A DNA stretch of 64,000 nucleotides from Zoogloeaceae bacterium (GTDB taxonomy: Bacteria > Pseudomonadota > Gammaproteobacteria > Burkholderiales > Rhodocyclaceae), in the NCBI GenBank assembly GCA_024235635.1, contig JACKMA010000009.1, positions 38,347-102,346 on the forward strand, read 5' to 3'. Within the stretch, counting starts at the first letter, position 1; each line of letters starts with the position of its first letter. Below are positions 10,786 to 20,897 of the stretch, one piece after another. The position numbers and the translations under genes are program-made. A model generated the notes under the pieces. That model had not been told where the DNA came from and made no database searches. It saw only the letters and a list, made by a program, of their open reading frames with translations.

Positions 10786-11886
10786 TCATCGACCTGCGTC
10801 CAGTTGCACCGGCGCGTTCTCCGGAACCGCACGCACAGCCTGGCCGGGCGTCAGCCGATGCGTGCCGGCCACCACCACTTTCATGCCCGGCGACAGCCCG
10901 CGACCGACGACGGCACCGTCCTCGCGCAAGGCCAGCAATTCGACTTCATGGGGACTGACCCGGCCATCGCCATCGACCGACCACACCACCGCCCTGCCAT
11001 CGCGCTGCACGACGGCAGGCAGCGGCAACAAGGTGCCGCTCGCCTGGACATCGACAAAGCCGGCGACTGCCGAGGCGCCCAGTGGCAGCATTTCGTCGGC
11101 CGCACCGATGCTGAGGCGCACGGCGAACGTGCGCGTCGCCGCATCGGCCGCCGCGGCGATTTCCCGGACCGTGCCGCGGTAGCCGCGGTCGGGGTCGGCC
11201 AGCGGCCGGATTTCGGCCACGAGGCCGGGCGAGATGCTACCGATGCGCCCTTCCGGCACGTGGATCAGGACTTCGCGATCGCTTTCGCGGGCGGTACGCA
11301 GCACCGGCTGCCCGGCGCCGACCACTTCGCCGCGATCCGCCAGCACCGCCAGCACCACGGCGTCGTGGTCGGCGCGCAGGGTCGAGTAGGCCGCCTGATT
11401 CGACGACAGCTCCGACTGGGCGCGGGCCTGTCGAACCCGGGCCTCGGCCGCATCGACCGTCGTTTGCCGGCTGTCGAGGACCGATTCACTGATAAACTTC
11501 TGCGCCAGCAATTGCCGCGCCCGCTCGAGTTCCGCCCGCGCCAGGCTCAATTCGGCTTCCGCGGCTGCGAGTTGGTCGCGGGCGGCCTCGGCCGAAAGCC
11601 GGAGATCCTGCGGATCGAGCCGGGCCAGCAACTGGCCCTTGCGCACCCGGTCGCCAGCTTCGACCAGACGCTCGACCAGCTTGCCGCCGACCCGAAACGA
11701 CAGATCGGTCTCGTGACGGGCCCGCACCTCGCCGGTATAGACCGTCAGCGGAATTGCGCCACCACCGCCGACCTCCCGCACCAGCACCGACAACGGCGCC
11801 GACGCGGGCGGCGGCGGGGCCTCGCACGCGGCCACCAGCACTGCGGCAAAGATCGCGACGAGCGCGCCCGGGAATTCGAACTTCAT
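10786..11886 (-). CDS. RND periplasmic adaptor (MFP) lipoprotein
   Basis: Lipobox LVAAC, LSFRVGGKL...GDRVRKGQLLARLD lipoyl-like halves, coiled-coil hairpin. Confidence 0.92.
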   Translation of the reverse strand: MKFEFPGALVAIFAAVLVAACEAPPPPASAPLSVLVREVGGGGAIPLTVYTGEVRARHETDLSFRVGGKLVERLVEAGDRVRKGQLLARLDPQDLRLSAEAARDQLAAAEAELSLARAELERARQLLAQKFISESVLDSRQTTVDAAEARVRQARAQSELSSNQAAYSTLRADHDAVVLAVLADRGEVVGAGQPVLRTARESDREVLIHVPEGRIGSISPGLVAEIRPLADPDRGYRGTVREIAAAADAATRTFAVRLSIGAADEMLPLGASAVAGFVDVQASGTLLPLPAVVQRDGRAVVWSVDGDGRVSPHEVELLALREDGAVVGRGLSPGMKVVVAGTHRLTPGQAVRAVPENAPVQLDAGR

Positions 11887-12539
11887 GGCAGCTCTCCAGC
11901 GCCCGGCCGCACCAGAAGGCCGTTCAGGATCAGGTCGAAATAGGTCGGCAGGTATTTTTCAGGACGGCAGGCATCGGCATCGCATACCGCGAACGATGTC
12001 CGCCAGACGCTCAGCATCAGCAGCGGCGCCATCAGCACCTGCACCGCGGAGGGTACGTCCACCCGCCGGATCAACCCACGCTCGATGCCGAGTTCGAGCG
12101 CACCAGCGACCAGCGCCCGGCCGCGCGAAATGACCTCTTCATGGTAGAAGCGCGCGAGTTCCGGAAAATTGCGCGCTTCGGCGATCATCAGCTTCGGGAT
12201 TCCGGCCAGTTCGGTCGCGCCCACCAGCTCCCACCAGCCCGCCAATAAAGCCCTCAGGAGGGCCACCGGATCGTCCCGGAGCTCCTCGAACATCGATTCG
12301 CCACGCGCCATCACCGGGTCGATGCCCATCGTGATGACAGCCTTGAACAGCGATTCCTTGCTGTCGAAGTAGAGGTAGAGCGTGCCCTTGGACACCCCTG
12401 CGCGAGCAGCCACCTCGTCGAGCCGCGTCGCGGCATAGCCCTTTTCGACGAACAGGCCGAGTGCGGCTTCGGCAAGCTCGGACGGCCGTGCCTCCTTGCG
12501 ACGGCGACCATTGCTGCGAGCACGGACGGGATCGGACAT
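11883..12539 (-). CDS. TetR/AcrR family repressor of the efflux operon
   Basis: HTH: FVEKGYAATRLDEVAARAGVSKGTLYLYFDSKESLF; ATGA overlap with the MFP gene. Confidence 0.92.
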   Translation of the reverse strand: MSDPVRARSNGRRRKEARPSELAEAALGLFVEKGYAATRLDEVAARAGVSKGTLYLYFDSKESLFKAVITMGIDPVMARGESMFEELRDDPVALLRALLAGWWELVGATELAGIPKLMIAEARNFPELARFYHEEVISRGRALVAGALELGIERGLIRRVDVPSAVQVLMAPLLMLSVWRTSFAVCDADACRPEKYLPTYFDLILNGLLVRPGAGELP

Positions 12540-12547
12540 GGCGAACA

Positions 12548-12573
12548 ATAATGACTGACCAGTCAGTTATTAT
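12548..12573. promoter_or_regulatory. Probable TetR operator (26-bp inverted repeat)
   Basis: ATAATGACTGACC|AGTCAGTTATTAT, 11 of 13 arm positions pair, AT-rich, immediately upstream of tetR start. Confidence 0.75.
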
Positions 12574-12736
12574 AGTGACCGGCCAGTCGTCCGCAAGGGT
12601 TCCTTGACGGTCGGCCGAGATCGCTGGCCGCCTTGCCGGGCCCGGCAGCCACCGGCCGGTCAGGCGGCGCCACTCGTACAGGTCGACATCGGGGCGTCGA
12701 TCCGTCGGTGCCAGCGACGACCGACACCCACGCCCG

Positions 12737-14392
12737 TCATCGACGGGCGCTGAAATAGCGGGCGAAGTCGTCGGCAGACACCGCACGCCCGAGCAGGTAG
12801 CCCTGGAATTCGTCGCAACCCTGATCGCGCAGGAAGCCCGCCTGGTGTTCGGTCTCGACGCCCTCGGCAACTACCTTGAGCCCCAGCGTCTGGGCAACCC
12901 GGACGATCGCCCGGATCAAGGTTTCGTTCTCCTCGTCGTCGCCGATCATGCGGACGAAACTGCGGTCGATGTTGAGCTTGGACACCGGCAGCGACTGCAG
13001 ATTCGACAGCGGCGAGAACCCAGTACCGAAGCCGTCGATCGACAATCGGATACCGAGCTCGCTGATCGCCTCCAGCGACGACACCACATAGGCGACGTCG
13101 AACAGTACCGACTCGCGGAACTCGAACTCGAGTCGCCGCGGATCCATGCCGGTCTCCTTGAGCAGGGCCTCGACGCTGGCGACGAAATCCGAGCGCTCCA
13201 GTTGCCTGGCCGAGACATTCAGCGACAGTACCGGCGGCGCGACGCCCTGGGCCAACCACGCCATGTAGGCGGAAAACGCCCCTCGCATGACCCATTCGCC
13301 GAGGGCGTGAATCAGCCCGGCATCCTCTGCCAACGGAACGAAACGCTCGGGCGCGACGACACCGAGCTCGGCGTCCTCCCAGCGCACCAGGGCCTCGGCG
13401 GCCACCAGATGCTCGCCGCCGGCATCGAACAAAGGCTGGAACACCAGTCCAAGCGCATTGTTCGCGAGAGCGACCCGGAGCCGCTTTTCCAGAATGTTGC
13501 GCTCGTTGGCATAGGCCGTCATTTCGGCCGAGTAGAAACTGTAGGCGTGGCGCCCACGGGTGCGGGCCTGCAGCATTGCGGCATCCGCGGCTGCAAGCAG
13601 GGAGTTCATGTTGTGGCCGTCCATCGGGTAAAGGCCGATGCCGATGCAGACCGCCGGGTACAGATCGGACTCGCCGACCCTGACCGGCCGCTCCATGGCC
13701 TTCAACAGATGGTTGGCGGTGACGCTGGCGCTGCGTGGCCCGTCGATGCCTTCGATCAGCATCGCGAATTCGTACTCGCCGACGCGCGCCAGCGTGTCGG
13801 TCTCACGCAGTTCGGACTGCAAACGCTCGGCCACGGCGCGGATGAAGGCGTCGCGAGACTCCGGCTCGGCGTGACCCGAAACGCCGATCATCAGCAGTCC
13901 CATCTGCTTCATTTCCCGCAGCACGCGGCGGGCGACCTGCTCGAAGCGGTCGCGGAACAGGGTCCGATTGGGCAGACCGGTCAAAGGATCGAAATAGGCC
14001 AGATCACGAAGTTGGGCCTGCTCTTCCATGATGCGGGCAATGTCGGTGAATACGCCGACGTAGTGGATGACCTCACCCCCCTGATCGCGCACCGCGCTGA
14101 TCGACAGCCACTCCGGGTAAACCTCGCCGTTCTTGTGCCGGTTCCAGATTTCGCCCTGCCAGCGACCAGTCTCGCCGAGGGCCTTCCACATCATCTGGTA
14201 GAACTCGGGGGCATGCTTGCCTGAGCGCAGCATCGCCAGCGACTGCCCCTTGATTTCGTCCTGCGAATAGCCGGACAGGCGCGTAAACGCCTCATTGACT
14301 GCCAGTACGCGGGCTTCGGTGTCGGTGATGCAGATGCCCTCCGCCGCGTTCTTGAACACGATGTGGGCCAGTTCCAGCTCGTCGGTACTCAC
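12737..14392 (-). CDS. PAS-PAC / GGDEF / EAL protein with degenerate catalytic motifs
   Basis: PAS (NEAFTRLSGYS...WQGEIWNR), DPLTGLPNR, ARVGEYEF, AEALVRW, IDGFGTG, VAEGVE; GTG start at 14392 inferred. Confidence 0.88.
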   Translation of the reverse strand: MSTDELELAHIVFKNAAEGICITDTEARVLAVNEAFTRLSGYSQDEIKGQSLAMLRSGKHAPEFYQMMWKALGETGRWQGEIWNRHKNGEVYPEWLSISAVRDQGGEVIHYVGVFTDIARIMEEQAQLRDLAYFDPLTGLPNRTLFRDRFEQVARRVLREMKQMGLLMIGVSGHAEPESRDAFIRAVAERLQSELRETDTLARVGEYEFAMLIEGIDGPRSASVTANHLLKAMERPVRVGESDLYPAVCIGIGLYPMDGHNMNSLLAAADAAMLQARTRGRHAYSFYSAEMTAYANERNILEKRLRVALANNALGLVFQPLFDAGGEHLVAAEALVRWEDAELGVVAPERFVPLAEDAGLIHALGEWVMRGAFSAYMAWLAQGVAPPVLSLNVSARQLERSDFVASVEALLKETGMDPRRLEFEFRESVLFDVAYVVSSLEAISELGIRLSIDGFGTGFSPLSNLQSLPVSKLNIDRSFVRMIGDDEENETLIRAIVRVAQTLGLKVVAEGVETEHQAGFLRDQGCDEFQGYLLGRAVSADDFARYFSARR

Positions 14393-14518
14393 GGGCTCGC
14401 CTCGGACATTGGATATCCCAATATTATGCCCATGACGATGCACCCGTCCGATGGCGGGCCTGCGGCGCGCCGTACGGAGGATTCGGGGCGACCGGGCGCA
14501 GCGCCGGCCGCGCCCGAT

Positions 14519-15001
14519 TCAGCCGCGTCGTGCGTCGCGCACCACTGCAGGCGCGACGGCGTCGGCGATCGCACCTTCTCCGCCCGGTTCATTCGCCAAC
14601 CGATAGCGCTCGCCATCGACCACGACGGCACCGTCGACCCCCAACTGCAGCGGGCCGGCGCCGGCACCGGCGGGCAACGACAGGCCGGCGATCGGCTCGA
14701 GTTCCGGCAACGACAAGGCCTGCAGCGACCGACCATCCCTGAGCCACACCAGCTGTCGACCGACGTCGAGCAGCAGGTCCTCGCGACCGATCCGGTGAGA
14801 CGTGCGATGCCGGGCAATCAGCGATAGCCCGTTGCGCACCCACAGCGCCTCGACGACCCGACCGCCGTCGCTCGGGTGCACGAGCACGTGACGCGCCTGC
14901 CATACCAGCGGCGCCGGCAAGTCGCCCGAGCATCCCTGCAACAGCAGCACCGCCGAAGCGACGGCGAGGGCACTTGCAAAAAATTTCCTGTTGATGTCCA
15001 T
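14519..15001 (-). CDS. Hypothetical lipoprotein
   Basis: SD GGAG, basic N-terminus + hydrophobic stretch + lipobox LLQGC; fills the gap divergent from the MocR gene; no family recognised. Confidence 0.6.
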   Translation of the reverse strand: MDINRKFFASALAVASAVLLLQGCSGDLPAPLVWQARHVLVHPSDGGRVVEALWVRNGLSLIARHRTSHRIGREDLLLDVGRQLVWLRDGRSLQALSLPELEPIAGLSLPAGAGAGPLQLGVDGAVVVDGERYRLANEPGGEGAIADAVAPAVVRDARRG

Positions 15002-15088
15002 GGCCGAGTCTCCGGTGAGTTGCGATGACCATGACAATATCTGTCAATTGATATATTTTTTATATACACTTTCACCCGAAATCAACAT

Positions 15089-15116
15089 ACTGTACCGGTC
15101 CACTTACCGGGCCAGT
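15089..15116. promoter_or_regulatory. Imperfect inverted repeat, candidate MocR-family autoregulatory site
   Basis: ACTGTACCGGT-N6-ACCGGGCCAGT (9/11 pairs) 10 nt before the regulator start. Confidence 0.45.
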
Positions 15117-15126
15117 CTCGCCAGAC

Positions 15127-16539
15127 ATGCTCCAACAGATATTGATCGACAATGACCGCCCGCAACCGCTCGTCGAGCAGATCGTGTCCGCGATCCGCAA
15201 TCAGATCGACGATCGGGTGCTGCGGCCCGGCATGCGCCTGCCGCCGATCCGGCGATTCGCGGAGACCCAGGGCGTGAGCCGCTTCACCGTGGTCGAGGCC
15301 TACGATCGGCTGGTCGCCCAGGGCTATCTCGATTCGCGCCGCGGCTCCGGCTTCTACGTCTCGACCCGGCAGTTGGCCGAGCCCGAAGCGGAGGATCTGG
15401 AACGGGTCGAACGGGCGATCGACGCGGCCTGGCTGATGCGCGAGATCAGCATCGAGAGCAAGGACCGGGTGAATGCCGCCTCCGGCAGCCTGCCCGCGGA
15501 CTGGATGGAAGAGGACGCCGTGATGCGCAAGCTGCGTCAGCTCGCCCGTGATCCGGGAACCCGCGTCACCAGCTACGGCACGCCTCAGGGTTTCGCGCCG
15601 CTGCGCGAGCAGTTGCAACTCCGCTTGGCGGAGTGTGGCGTTCGGGTGCAGCCCTCGCAGATCTTGCTGACCTACGGCGCGACGCAGGCACTCGACCTCG
15701 TCGCCCGCTTCTTCCTGAAGACCGGAGACACCGTGCTGGTGGATGATCCCGGTTACTGGAACGTGTTTTCCAGCTTTCGCCTGCAGGGTTTCCGCCTGCT
15801 GGGCGTACCACGCCTCGCGGACGGTCCGGACCTCGACGCACTGGAAGAGATCCTGCATCGCGAAAAACCCCGGATCTTCTTCACCCAGTCGGTGCTGCAC
15901 AATCCGACCTCGAGCTGCCTCAGCCCGGCGGCAGCGTTCCGGCTGCTGCAACTCGCCGACAAGCACGACTTCCTGCTGGTGGACGACGACATTTACGGCG
16001 ACATGTATGCCGGTGCGGCAACCCGGCTGGCAAGCCTGGACCAGTTGCAGCGGGTGATTCACGTCGGCAGCTACTCGAAGACCATCTCGGGCAATCTGCG
16101 CGTCGGCTTTCTCGCCGCCCGTGCCGATCTCGCCCGCCAGCTCACCGACATCAAGATCACGACCACCCTGACCAGCCCGGAGTTCGCCGAACGGATGGTG
16201 CATGCAATGCTGACCGAGGGTCACTACCGGAAATACTTGGAGCGCCTGCAGACTCGACTGCTGCGCGCCACCGAGCGCTGCCACCGCATGCTCGATCGGG
16301 TCGGCCTGGCCACCGACTTCGAACCCCTCGGGGGACAGTTCGTGTGGGCCCGGCTGCCGGGCATGCGCGATACCACGGCGATCGCACGGCGGGCACTCGA
16401 ACACGGGATCGTGCTGGCGCCGGGCTCTGTGTTTCGGGCCAATGGCCAACCGTCGGACTATCTGCGCTTCAACGTGGCCACCTCGAGCCACCCGCGCCTC
16501 GAGCGCTTTCTCGCGGAAGCGCTGGCGCGGCCCGAATGA
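15127..16539 (+). CDS. MocR/GabR family regulator (GntR wHTH + PLP aminotransferase domain)
   Basis: LRPGMRLPPIR...GVSRFTVVEAYDRL...GSGFYV; HNPT, DDIY, SYSKTISGNLRVG. Confidence 0.93.
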   Translation: MLQQILIDNDRPQPLVEQIVSAIRNQIDDRVLRPGMRLPPIRRFAETQGVSRFTVVEAYDRLVAQGYLDSRRGSGFYVSTRQLAEPEAEDLERVERAIDAAWLMREISIESKDRVNAASGSLPADWMEEDAVMRKLRQLARDPGTRVTSYGTPQGFAPLREQLQLRLAECGVRVQPSQILLTYGATQALDLVARFFLKTGDTVLVDDPGYWNVFSSFRLQGFRLLGVPRLADGPDLDALEEILHREKPRIFFTQSVLHNPTSSCLSPAAAFRLLQLADKHDFLLVDDDIYGDMYAGAATRLASLDQLQRVIHVGSYSKTISGNLRVGFLAARADLARQLTDIKITTTLTSPEFAERMVHAMLTEGHYRKYLERLQTRLLRATERCHRMLDRVGLATDFEPLGGQFVWARLPGMRDTTAIARRALEHGIVLAPGSVFRANGQPSDYLRFNVATSSHPRLERFLAEALARPE

Positions 16540-16548
16540 GTCCGGCGA

Positions 16549-17382
16549 TCAGAAATGTTCGTCGGCCCGCAGGACGCGCCAGCCACCGAGCGGCAGATCG
16601 CCGAGCCGAACGCGCCCGATGCGCACCCGCTTGAGGCCCACAACCTCGAGCCCGACCAGTTCGCACATGCGCCGGATCTGCCGCTTGCGTCCCTCGCGCA
16701 AGACGAACCGGAGTTGATCCCGGTTCTGCCATTCGACCCTGGCCGGCCGCAGCGCGCGCCCGTCCAGCGACAGGCCATGGCGCAGCAGGGCGAGCCCGTC
16801 CGCCTGCAGGCGCCCCTCCACGCGCACGAGATATTCCTTGTCGACCTCGCTGTCGTCACCGATCAATCGTCGGGCGACGCGCCCGTCCTGGGTCAGCACC
16901 AGCAGACCGGTCGAATCGACGTCGAGCCGACCGGCCGGGGCCAGCCCCTTCAACATCGCCGGTCGAAAACGCTGGCCGCCGGCGACGCCGGCGATCTGCG
17001 AGTCCGGCGAAATCAGTGTCACGGCCGGCTTGCAGCCGGGTTCCGGCTGGCCCGAGACGTAGCCCACCGGCTTGTTCAGGAGGATCGTGACCCGCTGGTC
17101 GCGCTGCCGTTCGGCCCGCGGGTCGAGTTCGATCACGACGTCGGGGCCGACCCGGGTACCGAGCTCGCTGATCACGCGTCCGTCGACCCGCACCCAGCCA
17201 CGGGCAATCAGCTCGTCGGCTTCCCTGCGGGAGCACAAGCCCCGCGCTGCCATCAGCTTGGACAGCCGCTCACCGGCCGACGCCGCGTCCGCGGGCGATG
17301 GCCGAGAATCGTCTCGCGATCGGGCGGGCGAAGCCCGATTCCCGCTTGTACGTTTCGTGCGCGCGCCGCGTGCGTCAACCAT
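16549..17382 (-). CDS. S4-domain rRNA pseudouridine synthase (RsuA/RluB/RluF family)
   Basis: [29 protein letters not shown], catalytic [14 protein letters not shown]; start uncertain. Confidence 0.9.
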   Translation of the reverse strand: MVDARGARTKRTSGNRASPARSRDDSRPSPADAASAGERLSKLMAARGLCSRREADELIARGWVRVDGRVISELGTRVGPDVVIELDPRAERQRDQRVTILLNKPVGYVSGQPEPGCKPAVTLISPDSQIAGVAGGQRFRPAMLKGLAPAGRLDVDSTGLLVLTQDGRVARRLIGDDSEVDKEYLVRVEGRLQADGLALLRHGLSLDGRALRPARVEWQNRDQLRFVLREGRKRQIRRMCELVGLEVVGLKRVRIGRVRLGDLPLGGWRVLRADEHF

Positions 17383-17902
17383 CCGCCGACCCTTCTCCAT
17401 GCTGGAGTTGAAGTTTAGCGCCGCCACCGTCGATCGTGCCGCCCGCCCAGTCTGCGAGCCGCGCCCGCATCCGGCGATGGTGCGAGCCGGCCCAGTAGAT
17501 CCTGCCGCAAGCCGGGCACTCGCGCACGGACCGTGACCGTAGATCGGGCGGCAGGCGCCCCAGGGCGTGTGCCCCCGCGTGCTGCAGCCGCGCGTTGTCG
17601 ACCAGGCAGCGCGTGAAAGGCCGCCACAGCCAATTGACGCCGAGTTGGTCGCGCAGCACGGAAGCCTGATGATCGAGCCCGCCCTGCCGCAGCCATAGTA
17701 CGTGCCCATGCGCCGCCTTGTGGCGCAACACCTGGCGGTCGCAGGTCAGCAAGGTTCGCGCCTCGCGGCGCGCGACGTCGATCCATTGACGGTCCGGTGC
17801 GCCACCCGCGGCCAGCGCGGTATCGTAGCCGGCAGCCCTCAGGTAGCGCGCGAGTCGGCCCAGCATTTCGTCGCACACGAACCTGGCGTCGTTGCCGGAC
17901 AT
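17375..17902 (-). CDS. Stand-alone Mut7-C (PIN-like) RNase domain protein
   Basis: [48 protein letters not shown]. Confidence 0.85.
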   Translation of the reverse strand: MSGNDARFVCDEMLGRLARYLRAAGYDTALAAGGAPDRQWIDVARREARTLLTCDRQVLRHKAAHGHVLWLRQGGLDHQASVLRDQLGVNWLWRPFTRCLVDNARLQHAGAHALGRLPPDLRSRSVRECPACGRIYWAGSHHRRMRARLADWAGGTIDGGGAKLQLQHGEGSADG

Positions 17903-18000
17903 CGCCGCGGCCTCAGCCGAAGAGCCGATATCGTCAACCAAATGAACCACCCATCCCATTAACTGTCAGCTTTCTCTGAACACTCAAATGAGGAAGCCCC

Positions 18001-19218
18001 ATGATTTCGTCAATCCGCAACTTCCTGCGGCTCGAGGCCGCAGGCGGCCTGCTGCTGATCGCATCGGCCGTGCTGGCGATGGCCGTGGTCAACACCCCGC
18101 TCCGTCCGCTCTACGACTCGCTGCTCGCGACCCCACTCGAATGGCGATTCGGCGACTTCGAGATCGCCAAACCCCTGTTGCTGTGGATCAACGACGGCCT
18201 GATGGCGGTTTTCTTCTTCATGGTAGGCCTCGAAATCAAGCGGGAAGTTCTCGAGGGCGAGCTTTCACGGCCGTCCCAGATTGCGCTTCCCGGAATCGCG
18301 GCGATCGGCGGCATGGTGGTGCCGGCATCGATCTTCTGGGCGATCAACGCCGGCGACGCCCACGCCATGACTGGCTGGGCGATCCCGACGGCGACCGACA
18401 TCGCGTTTGCGCTGGGCATGCTGAGCCTGTTCGGCGATCGCGTGCCGGTCTCCCTCAAGGTGTTCCTGCTGACCCTGGCGATCATCGACGACCTCGGCGC
18501 CATCGTGATCATCGCCCTGTTCTATACCAGCCAGATTTCGCTTGCCTCGCTGGCGGTTGCCGCCGGTTCGCTGGTGGCGCTGGCGGCGATGAATCGACGG
18601 GGCGTGCTCCGGATCTCGCCCTATCTGCTGGTCGGTGCGGTGCTTTGGACGTCGATGCTGAAGTCCGGGGTCCATGCCACGCTCGCAGGCGTGCTGCTGG
18701 CCTTCTTCATCCCCTTGCGCACGCCCGCATCGGAACGGCCCGCGCCCTTGACGAGGCTGGAGGACGACCTCCACACACCGGTGGCCTTTGGCATCCTGCC
18801 CCTGTTCGCCTTTGCCAATGCCGGCATTCCGTTCGACGGCATGAACCTGGCGGCAATGACCGCCGGGCTGCCCCTCGGGGTTGCGTTGGGACTCTTCCTG
18901 GGCAAGCCGCTCGGCATCTTCGGTTTCAGCTGGCTGGCAGTCCGCAGCGGGCTGGCGCGCCTGCCCGACGGCGTCGGCTGGCGGGCGATCTTCGGCGTTT
19001 CCATTCTGTGCGGGATCGGCTTCACGATGAGCCTGTTCATCGCATCGCTCGCCTTCGAGAGTTCGAGCCAGGACATCATGGCGGCGAGCCGGATCGGCAT
19101 CGTCGCGGGCACGGCGGCGTCGGCTCTGCTCGGACTGCTGGTCTTGAAGCTCGCCCTGCCTGCCGGCCGCGCGGAACGCGGCACCGGCGAACGCTTGCCG
19201 ATTCAGCCGGGCACGTAG
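18001..19218 (+). CDS. nhaA: Na+/H+ antiporter NhaA
   Basis: WINDGLMA, GLEIKRE, ATDIAF, IIDDLGAI, SGVHAT, GIGFTMSLFI. Confidence 0.96.
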   Translation: MISSIRNFLRLEAAGGLLLIASAVLAMAVVNTPLRPLYDSLLATPLEWRFGDFEIAKPLLLWINDGLMAVFFFMVGLEIKREVLEGELSRPSQIALPGIAAIGGMVVPASIFWAINAGDAHAMTGWAIPTATDIAFALGMLSLFGDRVPVSLKVFLLTLAIIDDLGAIVIIALFYTSQISLASLAVAAGSLVALAAMNRRGVLRISPYLLVGAVLWTSMLKSGVHATLAGVLLAFFIPLRTPASERPAPLTRLEDDLHTPVAFGILPLFAFANAGIPFDGMNLAAMTAGLPLGVALGLFLGKPLGIFGFSWLAVRSGLARLPDGVGWRAIFGVSILCGIGFTMSLFIASLAFESSSQDIMAASRIGIVAGTAASALLGLLVLKLALPAGRAERGTGERLPIQPGT

Positions 19219-20897
19219 AACAGCACCAGGTACATCAACAGCAAGATCGCGACCCACAACACCATCTGGCCCGACAACCAGGTCCGAGCGAGCACGCCGC
19301 TCGGGCCGTAGTGCCGAAAGATCACGGTCCGGATGCTGTCGAACACACCGACCGCGCCACGTCCGAACGCGGCCAGCCCGCCCGCCACGCCCTCGGCCAG
19401 GCCGAGGGCGACGTCGGGCCCCAGCACCCGGTAGAACCAGTCGAGATCGAGCGTGATCGTCAGCGTACGCTTGAGGTAGTTCAGCAGCAGGAAGAAGGCG
19501 AGGCCGGAGAACAGCAGCAGTTGCAGTTGCGAGACCACGTGGGCGCCGGTGTAGGGGTGGTAATCCACCGGATAGGGCAGGATCGCGTACAACGGATCCG
19601 GGTAGCAGCCGAGGCCGATGCAGAAGGCCGAGAACACGATCATCGCCCAGCCCATGCTGGCCGGTGGGTCCTTCGGCCGCATGCCCGAGTCCTTCTGGAA
19701 GAAGACGAACCAAGGAAACTTGATGCCGGCATGCAGGAACACGCCGGCAGACGCCGCCGCCAGCAGCAGCCAGACCAACATCATGTGCTCGTTCGCGGCG
19801 GACTGGGAGATCATCGACTTCGTCGTGAAGCCGGACGTCAGCGGAAAGGCCGAGATCGCCAGCGCACCGATCGTGCCGCAGATCGTGGTCAGCGGCATGC
19901 TCTGGAACAGACCGCCGAGATCGGTGCATTTGCGCTTGCCGGTGCGATAGAGCACGGCCCCGGCAGACATCAGCAACAGTGCCTTGTAGATGATGTGGGC
20001 GAACGCGTGTGCCGCAGCGCCATTCAATGCCATCTCGGTGCCGATGCCGATGCCGGTGACCATGAAACCGACCTGGTTGATGATCGAATACGCGAGGATG
20101 CGCCGCATGTCGTTTTCGAGAATCGCATAGACGATTCCGTAGAACACCATGTAGAGCCCGATCGGGATCAGGATCTCGGTTCCGGGGAAGCCCCTCAGCA
20201 AGACATATACGGCCGTCTTGGTCGTGAATGCCGACAGGAACACGGTGCCACTCCATGACGCTTCGGGGTAGGCGTCGGGCAGCCAGGCGGAAAACGGCGG
20301 CGCGCCGGCATTGATCAGGAATCCGATCAGGATCAGCCAATGGGCGACCGAATCCGCCTGCATCGCCTCGAAGCTGAGGCTGCCGCCTGCGGCGACGTGG
20401 CCGGTGATGCCGGCCATCAGGATCACGCCGCCAAACAGGTGCACCATCAGGTAGCGCATCGATGCGGCCCGCGCCGAGGCGCCGCCGGCCCAGATCACCA
20501 GGGTCGAGCCGACGGCCATCAGTTCCCAGAACAGGAACAGCGTGACCAGATCGCCAGCAAACACCGCGCCGACCGCGGAGCCGGCGTAGACGAAGGCCGC
20601 CGGCACCTCGATGCGGCTCTCCTGCTTCAGCGCGAAGACGCCGCCGACCAGCGCCATCAGCGTGAAGATGGTGGCAAAGACCCGGGCCAGACGATCACCG
20701 CGGACGAACTCGAGCTGGTAATCGAGGAAACCGACGCGGCCGAAGACGCCATCGCCGACCTGCCACACGAAGAACAGGGCGACCGCCGGCACCAGCACCG
20801 CCAGCACCGAACGCGCCGAGCCGCGGACGAAGGCCAGCAGGAGACCGCCGGCGATCAGCAGCAGTCCGGGATGCAGCATCATCTCACTGCTTGTCAT
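19203..20897 (-). CDS. Mrp/Mnh antiporter subunit D/A-like (long proton-conducting subunit)
   Basis: FWELMA, WLPDAYPEAS, LAYSIINQVG, HAFAHIIYKALL; alternative start ATG 20882. Confidence 0.88.
   Translation of the reverse strand: MTSSEMMLHPGLLLIAGGLLLAFVRGSARSVLAVLVPAVALFFVWQVGDGVFGRVGFLDYQLEFVRGDRLARVFATIFTLMALVGGVFALKQESRIEVPAAFVYAGSAVGAVFAGDLVTLFLFWELMAVGSTLVIWAGGASARAASMRYLMVHLFGGVILMAGITGHVAAGGSLSFEAMQADSVAHWLILIGFLINAGAPPFSAWLPDAYPEASWSGTVFLSAFTTKTAVYVLLRGFPGTEILIPIGLYMVFYGIVYAILENDMRRILAYSIINQVGFMVTGIGIGTEMALNGAAAHAFAHIIYKALLLMSAGAVLYRTGKRKCTDLGGLFQSMPLTTICGTIGALAISAFPLTSGFTTKSMISQSAANEHMMLVWLLLAAASAGVFLHAGIKFPWFVFFQKDSGMRPKDPPASMGWAMIVFSAFCIGLGCYPDPLYAILPYPVDYHPYTGAHVVSQLQLLLFSGLAFFLLLNYLKRTLTITLDLDWFYRVLGPDVALGLAEGVAGGLAAFGRGAVGVFDSIRTVIFRHYGPSGVLARTWLSGQMVLWVAILLLMYLVLFYVPG

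Noticed and set aside
7500-10958. 1152-aa + strand ORF and similar long ORFs (e.g. 17988..20258, 30928..32643, 39294..41942, 59758..62319)
   Set aside because: Shadow or alternative frames of well-supported genes; Arg/Gly/Ala-rich with no motifs, expected in high-GC DNA
17903-18000. nhaA-I/II lithium riboswitch upstream of nhaA
   Set aside because: Spacer is short, shared with a divergent gene and shows no convincing stems
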